Shown here: positions 17,671 to 24,000 of the stretch, in pieces
Position numbering within the stretch: the stretch's first letter is position 1
Layout: each line of letters begins with the position of its first letter
NCBI GenBank assembly: GCA_963736795.1
Contig: CAVTRF010000021.1
Span: 149,364-173,363, forward strand
DNA: 24,000 bases
Direction: 5' to 3'
Source of the DNA: an uncultured delta proteobacterium
Lineage (GTDB): Bacteria; Myxococcota; Myxococcia; Myxococcales; Anaeromyxobacteraceae
Position numbers and translations under genes: made by a program
The notes under the pieces: model-generated
Told to the model about the DNA's origin: nothing
Seen by the model: only the letters and a program-made list of their open reading frames with translations
The model's database searches: none

Positions 17671-18417
17671 ATGAACGCGCTCAGGCTCATCGCAGCGGCC
17701 GCCCTCATCGCGGCGTGCCGCATCGCCTCCGCCCAGGCGTTCGCCCCCGGCGAGGAGACGGTCCTGCAGGTCCGCTACCTGAACCTGCCGAGCGGCGAGG
17801 GCCGCATCACGGTCGGCGAGGCGGCGGGCGAGGTGTGGCCGGTCATCTTCCAGGCAAAAACGCAGGGGCTCGCCGGGTTCCTCGACATCCGCGAGCACCT
17901 CGTCTCGTACTGGGACGCGACCGCGCTCCACTCGCGCGGGTACGACCTGCGCGCGTACGAGGTGGGCGACTTCCACAGCGACAGCGCGCGCTTCGACCGG
18001 GTGAACGGCACCGCGACGTACGAGAAGCAGCGCAAGGGTAAGCGCACGGTGAAGAAGCTCGAGATCCCCGCGGACGTGCACGACCTCACCGGAGCGCTCA
18101 TGTGGCTCCGGCTGCAGCGGCTCGAGCCGGGCCACCATCACGAGCTCCCGATCGTGACCGGCTCGAGGCAGTTCACGCTCGTCGCCGACGTCCTCGCTCG
18201 CGAGACGATCGACACCCCCGCCGGGCGCTTCGCCGCGCTGAAGGTGCAGGTCCGCATGGGGCTCGACGGGAAGTTCTCCACGAAGCGCGACACGTCGGTG
18301 TGGCTCTCGGACGACCCGCGCCACGTCCTCGTCCGGCTGTCCGCGGACTTCGCGGTGGGCAGCGTGGTCGCGACGCTGAAGAGCTACCGCCCGGGCACGC
18401 AGCTCGCGGCACGTTAG
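17671..18417 (+). CDS. DUF3108 domain-containing secreted protein or lipoprotein
   Basis: I chose the start at ATG 17671 (MNALRLIAAAALIAAC/RIASAQA), which gives a signal peptide with a lipobox-like IAAC or an AQA cleavage site. The beta-rich body includes ...TPAGRFAALKVQV...VWLSDDPRHVLVRLSADFAVGSVVATL, typical of DUF3108 as I recall it. Confidence 0.75.
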   Translation: MNALRLIAAAALIAACRIASAQAFAPGEETVLQVRYLNLPSGEGRITVGEAAGEVWPVIFQAKTQGLAGFLDIREHLVSYWDATALHSRGYDLRAYEVGDFHSDSARFDRVNGTATYEKQRKGKRTVKKLEIPADVHDLTGALMWLRLQRLEPGHHHELPIVTGSRQFTLVADVLARETIDTPAGRFAALKVQVRMGLDGKFSTKRDTSVWLSDDPRHVLVRLSADFAVGSVVATLKSYRPGTQLAAR

Positions 18418-18489
18418 GGGCGACTCGGCCCATCGACGAGCGCGGGGCCTCGCGCCTCGGACCCCGGGCGCGATGTCTAGCTTCCCCGC

Positions 18490-20148
18490 GTGCGTCGTGC
18501 GCTCGCCCTCGCCGCAGCCTGCCTCTCCGTCACCGCGGCGGCCGCGCCCCGCGCCGGCGGCGCTCCGGAGGTCGGCGTCGCGAGCTCGCTCGAGAAGCTC
18601 AGGCCCAACGGGCCCGGTCCCTCGCGCCCGCAGCATCGACCTCGTCGCCGCGCGCGGCGAGTGCGAGGCGGCGCAGATCGCGGTCAGGGCTCCGGGCGGC
18701 CTCGCGGCGCTCTCCGCCGAAGCGGGCCCGCTCCGCGGCGGGCGCGGGGCAGCGCTCCCGCTCGCGCTCTACCGCGTGGCGACGCTCTCGCTGTCGAGCC
18801 CCTCGGGCCCCGACGGGGAGGCGGGCGAGTGGCCCGACCCGCTCGTCCCCGTCCGCGACGCCTACGTCGGCGAGGCGCGGCGCGCCTTCCCGATCGCCGT
18901 CGCCGCCGGGCAGGCTGCAGGGGATCTGGGTCGAGGTGTGCGTCCCGGAGGACGCGGCGCCGGGTGAGCACGCCGGCGCCGTCCGGCTCATGGACGCCAC
19001 CCGCCGCATCGCCGAGGTGCCGGTGCGGCTTCGGGTGTGGCCGTTCGCGCTCCCGCGCACCGGCTCGTTCGTCGCGGCGTTCGGCCTGCCCACGCGGGTC
19101 GGGACGCGCGCGCTCGGGCGTCCCGACGATCCCGCGATCGCCCGGGACCTCGCGGCCGCGGCCCTCCGACACCGGCTCACTCCCTACATCCTCTCCGCCG
19201 ACGCCGCCCGACGGCGACTGCACCGCGAAGCGTTGCGCGCTCGACTGGACGCGCTACGACGCGGAGGTCGGACCGGTCCTCGATGGCACGCTCGTCCCCG
19301 GGGTGCGCGGCGGGTTCGCCGAGGTGCGGATCCCGGCGCGGGTCTGGGACGGACCCGAGCTCGACCTCGCGGCGACGCTCCGCGCGTGGCGGCGGCACTT
19401 CGAGGAGCGCGGCTGGGCGGACCGGCTGTGGCTCTACACGCTCGACGAGCCGGGCCCGGCGCAGCTCCCGGAGCTCCGCCGCCGCGCCCGGCTCGCGCGC
19501 GCCGCGTCGATCCGCGTCTTCGCGACCGTGGTGCCGCTCCCGGAGCTCGCCGGGGCGGTCGACGACTTTGCCCCGAACCTCGCCCTCGTCGTGGACGGCG
19601 GGGCACGCCCCGGGCAGGTGACGTGGTCCTACGCGTCGTGCCTCTCGCACGGCTGCGACGAGCTCCCCGGCGAGGGACCGCGGCGCCGCGCGATGCTGCG
19701 CGAGTTCGCCGGGTGGCCCGGGTACGAGATCGACCGGCCTGGCACGGCGGCCCGCGCGGTCCCGCTGCTCGGGGTGCGCCGCGGACTGAAGGGCGAGCTC
19801 TACTACGATATGCTCCAGGCGTGGACGGGCGATCCCTGGAGCGATGTGCGGGCGTTCGCGGGCAACGGCGACGGGACGCTCCTCTACCCGGGACGCCCGG
19901 ACGCGCTCGGGGGGACGCGGCCGTTCCCGGTCGAGTCGATCCGGCTCAAGACCGTGCGGGACGCGCTCGAGGACGCGGAGCTCGTCGCGCTGGCGCGGGC
20001 CGCGGGCGAGGGGCGGCTCGCGGACCGGCTGCTCGCGCGGCTCGTGCCGTCGGCGCGCGGCTGGGAGCGGCGGCCCGAGCCGTGGCTGCGCGCGCGGCTC
20101 GAGCTCGGCGACGCGCTCGCGCGGCGCGCCCCGCGGGTGGCGCGGTGA
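18490..20148 (+). pseudogene. DUF4091 domain-containing secreted protein (glycoside-hydrolase-like), readable only with three +1 frame changes
   Basis: GTG 18490 encodes a signal peptide, MRRALALAAACLSVTAAAAP. The protein-like sequence runs through ORF 18490 (to ~18615), ORF 18473..18967 (SIDLVAARGECEAAQIAV...EWPDPLVP...), ORF 18102..20927 (~18912-19205: LQGIWVEVCVPEDAAPGEHAG...VRLRVWPFALP) and back to ORF 18490..20148 (DWTRYDAEV...LWLYTLDEP...). The motif order matches DUF4091 as I recall it. Confidence 0.75.
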
Positions 20149-20927
20149 GCGGGAGCGCCGCCGTGATCTCCGCCGCCCTCCTCGCGCTCGCCCTCGGCGC
20201 CTCGCCGGCGTGCGGCCTGCCGCCGCTCGCCGCGGGCGAGCGCCCCTGGCGCGTGGGCGAGGCGCTCACCTACGACCTCGACCTCCTGGGGATGGTGAAG
20301 GGAGGCACGCTCCAGCTCTCGGTCGAGCGCCCGATGTCCGGCGGCAAGGTGATCCCGCTCCGCGCCCGCGCCCGGACGACGCCGTCGATCGCCAGCGTGA
20401 AGCCGTTCGCGGGGGTGGCGCTCTCGTGGATCGACGCGGGGACGCTCCTGCCGGAGCGCTACCGGGACGAGGCCGAGGAGGGGGGCGTCCGCAAGATGTC
20501 GGACACGAAGATCGCGCCCCCGCGCCCCGAGCTCGTCGTCGAGTACCGGTACGGCGAGACCGCCGGGAAGACCGCCTACCCGCGCGCAGGCGACGTCCTC
20601 GACGCGCTCTCCACGATCTATTACCTGCGATCGGCGCGGCTCGCGCCGGGCGACCGGCTGTGCTTCGACCTCGTCGCAAACCGGCGGTTCTGGCGGCTCG
20701 AGGCGACCGTCGCGCAGCGAACGGAGAAGGTCGAGACCCCCGCAGGCCGCTTCGAGACGCTCCGCGTGGACGCGACCACCCGGCGGGTGGACCGCCCCGA
20801 GGACAAGCCCCGGCCGATCCACCTGTGGTTCGGAACGGACGCGCGCCGGCTCCCGGTCGCGATCGTGTCGGAGATCGACCTCGGCCCGGTGAGCGCCACG
20901 CTCTCCTCGGTGCGCGGCGCGCGCTGA
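20145..20927 (+). CDS. DUF3108 domain-containing secreted protein (second copy)
   Basis: GTG 20145 overlaps the DUF4091 stop (GTGA). An N-terminal signal is present (AAVISAALLALALGASPACG). It shows GEALTYDLDLLGMVKGGTLQL, TPAGRFETLRVD and LPVAIVSEIDLGPVSATL, parallel to the first DUF3108 copy. This is the 3' part of the 941-aa ORF 18102..20927. Confidence 0.75.
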   Translation: MSGSAAVISAALLALALGASPACGLPPLAAGERPWRVGEALTYDLDLLGMVKGGTLQLSVERPMSGGKVIPLRARARTTPSIASVKPFAGVALSWIDAGTLLPERYRDEAEEGGVRKMSDTKIAPPRPELVVEYRYGETAGKTAYPRAGDVLDALSTIYYLRSARLAPGDRLCFDLVANRRFWRLEATVAQRTEKVETPAGRFETLRVDATTRRVDRPEDKPRPIHLWFGTDARRLPVAIVSEIDLGPVSATLSSVRGAR

Positions 20928-20946
20928 GCGAGCGCGCCGCGGCCGG

Positions 20947-21291
20947 CTACATCCGGGCGGCGACCTGGGCGAGGCGGCGGCGCACCGAGACGATCGCGTG
21001 CGACAGCTCGTCGATGCGCTCGCCGGGCTTGCCCCCGAGCGCGACCGACAGGATCTGCTGCTGCGAGGGCGCGCCGTCGCCGAGCGCCCGCTCGACGTTC
21101 GAGATCCAGGCGGCGACGCCGGCGAGGGCGGCCCGCGCCTCGCGCAGGTCGTCCTCGAGGAAGTCGAGCACCACGTGGTCGCGCGCGGAGCCGCTCGCGA
21201 GGCGCCGGCGGAGCGCCTCGACGCCCCCCTCGTCCGGAGCGATCGACTCGGGGGGAGCGACGGCGACGGCGACGGCGGACTTGCGGTTCAT
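20947..21291 (-). CDS. Hypothetical small helical protein (114 aa), translationally coupled to the upstream winged-helix gene
   Basis: ATG 21291 overlaps the upstream stop (ATGA). The sequence is G/C third-position rich and predicted helical (..LDFLEDDLREARAALAGVAAWISNVERAL..IDELSHAIVSVRRRLAQVAARM). I recognise no family. The rest of ORF 20947..22260 is out-of-frame overlap. Confidence 0.6.
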   Translation of the reverse strand: MNRKSAVAVAVAPPESIAPDEGGVEALRRRLASGSARDHVVLDFLEDDLREARAALAGVAAWISNVERALGDGAPSQQQILSVALGGKPGERIDELSHAIVSVRRRLAQVAARM

Positions 21292-22094
21292 GGGCTCTCT
21301 CCCGCGTGGGTGGCGCGCGCGGCGCGCCGGCGCACGGTCTCGACGGCGGCTGCGATCCGCTCCGGCGACTGCCCTTCGGCGAGCAGCTCGCGGACCTCGC
21401 GGAGCGCCGCCGCGGCGCCCTCCGCGTCGGTCCGGCCTCGGGCGGACGCGAGAGCGCGCGCGAGCGTCGCGTCGGTCGCCGTGGCGCGGGGGCCGGGCGC
21501 GGCCTGCCGCGCGACGGGAGCGGGACCGGGGCGCGCGTCGAGCGGGATGGCGGGCGCCGCTTCGGGCGCGCCCCCGCGGACGACGCGCAGGTCCGCGGCG
21601 CGGCCGACGAGGACGTCGTCGCCGAGCGGCTCGCCGGCGGCTTCGCGCGGCAGGTAGACGCGCCAGAGCGTGCCGCGGTTGTCGCGCTGCAACGGCCGCG
21701 CGTAGCGCTTGTCGACGAGGGCGGCGAGGACGCGGAGGAGGCGCCGCTCGGAGAGGCGCAGCCGGTCCATCAGCTCGCGCTTCGCGAGACGGCACCAGTT
21801 GCGCCCCTCGCCGACCGACAGCCGCAGCAGGTGCAGGTACGCGGCCTGCTCCTCGGCCTCGAGGTCCTCGCAGGCGCGGTCGAACGCGTCGAGCGGGATG
21901 GCGGCGAACCCGGCGCGCACGCGGACCGCGCCGACGAGCTCCCCCGCGAACGGGACCCGGCGCATCTCCCCCGGCTCGAGCGCCTCGGGGGACGGAGAGG
22001 GCGCAGCGCCGTGCAGCGGCCGCGTCGCGAGCGCCGCGCTCCCACGGACTCCCCGGTAGTACGGGACCTTCGACACGCCGCCGCCTCCACCCAT
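21288..22094 (-). CDS. Hypothetical winged-helix DNA-binding protein (phage replication protein O / replisome-organiser-like N-domain)
   Basis: The segment FAAIPLDAFDRACEDLEAEEQAAYLHLLRLSVGEGRNWCRLAKRELMDRLRLSERRLLRVLAALVDKRYARPL follows the lambda O-type N-terminal wHTH pattern (f..iP..l.d.l..l...E.rv.l.l.R.t.G...w..is...l...l.ls.r.v.ral..L....i), recalled from memory. I chose the start at ATG 22094; the 18 codons upstream (from GTG 22148) use A/T-ending codons. The C-terminal half is Ala/Arg/Pro-rich. Confidence 0.6.
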   Translation of the reverse strand: MGGGGGVSKVPYYRGVRGSAALATRPLHGAAPSPSPEALEPGEMRRVPFAGELVGAVRVRAGFAAIPLDAFDRACEDLEAEEQAAYLHLLRLSVGEGRNWCRLAKRELMDRLRLSERRLLRVLAALVDKRYARPLQRDNRGTLWRVYLPREAAGEPLGDDVLVGRAADLRVVRGGAPEAAPAIPLDARPGPAPVARQAAPGPRATATDATLARALASARGRTDAEGAAAALREVRELLAEGQSPERIAAAVETVRRRAARATHAGESP

Positions 22095-22183
22095 GAACCC
22101 ACGGTGGAGCGTAGTCGCCCGATATCGCTCGTCCAGTTTTCGGCCCACCGCTCACCCCTCCCGACAGGCCGGACGACGGCCGC

Positions 22184-22253
22184 GACGTGGACGTGGACGT
22201 GGATCGTGGACCTCGACCTCGACCTCGACCTCGACGAGGCGAGGCGGCGAGGC
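22184..22253. repeat. Hexanucleotide array B: (GACGTG)x3, joint GATCGTG, (GACCTC)x4, then GAC and GAGGC-GAGGC-GGC-GAGGC
   Basis: Read directly: GACGTG units at 22184-22201, GACCTC units at 22209-22232, and the GAGGC pentamers at 22236-22253. A small hairpin follows, GAGGCG atcca CGCCTC (22249-22265). The array lies 90-160 nt upstream of the winged-helix gene start. Confidence 0.9.
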
Positions 22254-22670
22254 GATCCACGCCTCACGAACGTCTCCCCGGGCGCTGGCCGGGGACGGGA
22301 TCCTCGCCCCTCGGCTCGGCCAAGCCGCGACCGGGCGGCGTACTGACGGAAGGGCGCCGAAGCGCAGGCCGCCGGGGCACGTCCGCCCGCGCCGCCTCGC
22401 GCGTCGGGGTGACCGCAGGCGGTGGGGTGCAGTCGGCCCGGGGAATCGTGGCGCGCTCTGCGTCACGGTCCGTGCACCCCGGCTCCGTACTCGAGCTGGG
22501 TCCGTCCGCAGCGGCCGAGGCCTCGCTGTCGGGGCGAGGACCGCTCCCCGGCGAGCGCGCCCGAGCCCGGTCCAGCGCGTTCACCGGTGCCGATGAACGG
22601 ACGTGAACGGCCGAGCCGGCGCAGTTCACGAGGCGCAGGAGGCCGTCGCCGAGACGGGCGCGCGACGAAC

Positions 22671-22712
22671 GAGCAGCGCAGGCGTACTTTTTCGTACGCC
22701 GAGCAGCGCAGG
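22671..22712. repeat. 12-nt direct repeat GAGCAGCGCAGG flanking a 7-bp hairpin (GGCGTAC tttttc GTACGCC)
   Basis: DR copies are at 22671-22682 and 22701-22712 (period 30). The stem pairs 22681-22687 with 22694-22700. It lies about 100 nt downstream of the DUF507 stop (- strand). Confidence 0.85.
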
Positions 22713-22793
22713 ACACGGCCAAGCGAGCGCCGCTCCAGATACGCCGAGGGCGAGGCGGATCGCTCGCGCCGCTACGAATCGGAGCTGCGCCAG

Positions 22794-23312
22794 CTAGATC
22801 AGGCCGCGGGAGCGGCGAAGCAGCTCGACCATCTTCTGGTACTCGACGTCCCAGGCGCTCGTCCCCTCCTGCAGGTGCTTCAGGCGGGCGCGCGCCTCGC
22901 GATCGATCTCGTCGTCGACGTCGAGGTGCTTCTTGAAGATCTGGAAGACCTTCTTCCGGAGGCCGTGATCCTCGGAGTAGACCTCCTCGACGTTCCGGGA
23001 GATGAGGAGGAACTCGATCATCTGGCCGATGACGTACTCGATCCCCTCGTCACCCATCTTGAAGCCGCGGACGTCCGCCATCTCGCGCTTCACCTGGTTG
23101 AACTTGGAGTGATCGTAGCCGCGGCGCTCGAGCGCCTCGCGCGTGGCGGCGTTCACCCGCTCCTCGGCGGCGAGGTACTCCTTCATGATCGCCGCCATGT
23201 CCATCTCGGCGTCTGCGATCCGGAGGGTCTCGACCTCGATGTCGCCGTCCTGCATGAGGGTCTGGACGACCTCTCGGGCGATCGTCGGGATGACCTTCGG
23301 GTAGAGCCGCAT
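22794..23312 (-). CDS. DUF507 family protein
   Basis: ATG 23312 is preceded by GAGGAA. MRLYPKVIPTIAREVVQTLMQDGDIEVE...IEYVIGQMIEFLLISRNVEEVYSEDHGLRKKVFQIFKKHL matches my recollection of DUF507 proteins from delta-proteobacteria-like lineages. The ORF extension to 23561 has non-coding composition. Confidence 0.8.
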   Translation of the reverse strand: MRLYPKVIPTIAREVVQTLMQDGDIEVETLRIADAEMDMAAIMKEYLAAEERVNAATREALERRGYDHSKFNQVKREMADVRGFKMGDEGIEYVIGQMIEFLLISRNVEEVYSEDHGLRKKVFQIFKKHLDVDDEIDREARARLKHLQEGTSAWDVEYQKMVELLRRSRGLI

Positions 23313-23392
23313 GAGTTCCTCGGTCGACAGCCGCGGCCCGCGCCAAGGCCATGGGTCAGCCGTGCGAAGACCGCGTAGAAAAAGGGTAAAGC

Positions 23393-23422
23393 CGTATAAA
23401 CCCCGGCCACTCCGGGTGGCAA
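23393..23422 (-). promoter_or_regulatory. Candidate sigma70-type promoter for the DUF507 gene (TTGCCA-N18-TATACG on the - strand)
   Basis: This is an AT-rich island (gtagaaaaagggtaaagccgtataaa). The -35 is the reverse complement of 23417-23422 and the -10 is the reverse complement of 23393-23398, about 80 nt upstream of ATG 23312. Confidence 0.35.
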
Positions 23423-23600
23423 GGAAAAACGTCTTCCTGCGGCATGTTCCATGCGTCCTCGCCGCGACGCACGAACCATCGTGGGCTCGCACCCTCCCGG
23501 GTCCCGCGACCGCCGCGTTCGGCGACGGACCGCGGCCCGGAGCGCGAGGGGGCGCGCGCACGCGGCGCGGCCCCTCGCAAGCCCGACACGAACGCGGCGA

Positions 23601-24000
23601 TCAGTTCGAGTAGATCTTCATGACGTCGGAGAGGAGCTTCAGCGCCTCGGCCTTCGGGCGCTGGAACGCGTTGCGACCCATGATGGAGCCGAACGCGCCG
23701 CCCTCCTTCAGGCCGCGGATCTCCTCGAGCACGGCGTCGGTCCCCTTCGCCTCGCCGCCGGAGAAGATCACGATCCGCTTCCCGCCGAACGCCGACTGCA
23801 CGACGTGGCGAACCCGGTCGGCGAGCGTCTTCGTCGGGATCTTCTGCTCCTCGTAGACCTTCTTCGCGTCGGGGTGCTCGACGAGGTCCTTCGGAGGCTT
23901 CACCTTCACGATGTGCGCGCCGAGCTGGCAGGCGATCTGCGCGGCGTAGGCGGCGATGTCCACCGCCGTCTCGCCCTCCTTCGAGACGCCGGTGCCGCGC
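23601..24000 (-). CDS. fbaB: Class I fructose-bisphosphate aldolase, FbaB/DhnA (archaeal) type, C-terminal part (5' end lies outside the window)
   Basis: The frame stays open to the window edge (..RGTGVSKEGETAVDIAAY..). AAQIACQLGAHIVKVKPP...IVIFSGGEAKG...GAFGSIMGRNAFQRP parallels E. coli FbaB ANHLAATIGADIVKQKM...LINSGGAAGG...GMGLILGRKAFKK (from memory). Confidence 0.75.
   Translation of the reverse strand, partial: RGTGVSKEGETAVDIAAYAAQIACQLGAHIVKVKPPKDLVEHPDAKKVYEEQKIPTKTLADRVRHVVQSAFGGKRIVIFSGGEAKGTDAVLEEIRGLKEGGAFGSIMGRNAFQRPKAEALKLLSDVMKIYSN

Noticed and set aside
587-20148. Programmed +1 ribosomal frameshifting as the explanation for the frame changes
   Set aside because: The eight sites share no common slippery motif, rare or stop codon context, or downstream structure. 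Three sequential programmed shifts in one gene would be unprecedented. Indel mutation or assembly error is far more parsimonious.
19844-22096. 750-aa + strand ORF, and the 5' two-thirds of the 941-aa ORF 18102..20927
   Set aside because: These are out-of-frame or antisense overlaps of the DUF4091, DUF3108 and winged-helix genes, made of Arg/Ala/Pro/Gly runs. Only about 18912-19205 and the final 20145..20927 of the 941-aa ORF carry protein-like sequence, and both parts are accounted for by other calls.
22095-22148. Longer N-terminus for the winged-helix protein, starting at GTG 22148
   Set aside because: The 18 extra codons use A/T-ending codons (cga, aaa, tat, act, cgt), which are atypical for genes in this window. 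ATG 22094 is preferred, although neither start has a strong SD.
22671-22712. Miniature transposable element with target-site duplication
   Set aside because: The 12-nt direct repeats flank only an ~18-20 bp palindromic segment. That is too short for a MITE, and the pattern is equally explained as 1.4 copies of a 30-bp tandem duplication. No transposase is nearby.
22149-22793. tRNA, tmRNA, RNase P or SRP RNA in the long gap
   Set aside because: By eye I found no T-loop GGTTCGA(A/C)TCC, no tmRNA-like 3' end or tag reading frame, and no GAGGAAAGTCC-type RNase P signature on either strand. A covariance-model scan would be needed to exclude other RNAs.
1-24000. Sigma-54 promoters (TGGCAC-N5-TTGC)
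   Set aside because: All the TGGCAC/GTGCCA matches I spotted (for example near 2901, 5652, 15431, 16762, 19745) are inside coding regions and lack the TTGC half-site at the correct spacing.

Overview
This is a very GC-rich bacterial chromosomal segment; in every frame I call coding, third codon positions are almost always G/C. The protein families present (DUF4265, DUF507, paired DUF3108) and the Pro/Ala/Arg-rich protein tails suggest Myxococcota, possibly Anaeromyxobacter-like, but that is inference only. The content is mostly core housekeeping. In order: the 3' end of truD; a 7TM hybrid histidine kinase/response regulator; a serine-palmitoyltransferase-like alpha-oxoamine synthase; a DUF4265 gene; a ccsA-like/hemA/hemC/hemD operon (- strand); a conserved hypothetical; trxA; mreC-mreD-mrdA-rodA (- strand); a ppiD-like periplasmic chaperone/PPIase; maf and yggS; a small zinc-ribbon protein; a secreted DUF3108-DUF4091-DUF3108 cassette; a two-gene operon of a winged-helix (phage-O-like) protein and a small helical protein; DUF507; and the 3' end of a class I (FbaB-type) aldolase. 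I found no rRNA, tRNA, CRISPR array, transposase or integrase. Four things are not explained by ordinary annotation. (1) There are eight single-nucleotide reading-frame disruptions, all of the same (+1) sign and confined to four genes; one of them fuses maf to yggS in frame. (2) Two intergenic arrays of GAC-anchored hexanucleotide repeats share the same two-block architecture. (3) A gap of about 650 bp with no convincing ORF contains direct-repeat/hairpin motifs. (4) Two small operons are uncharacterised (DUF3108-DUF4091-DUF3108, and winged-helix plus small partner). I saw no clear known defence or mobile system. Most long ORFs in the six-frame track are antisense or out-of-frame artefacts of the high GC content.
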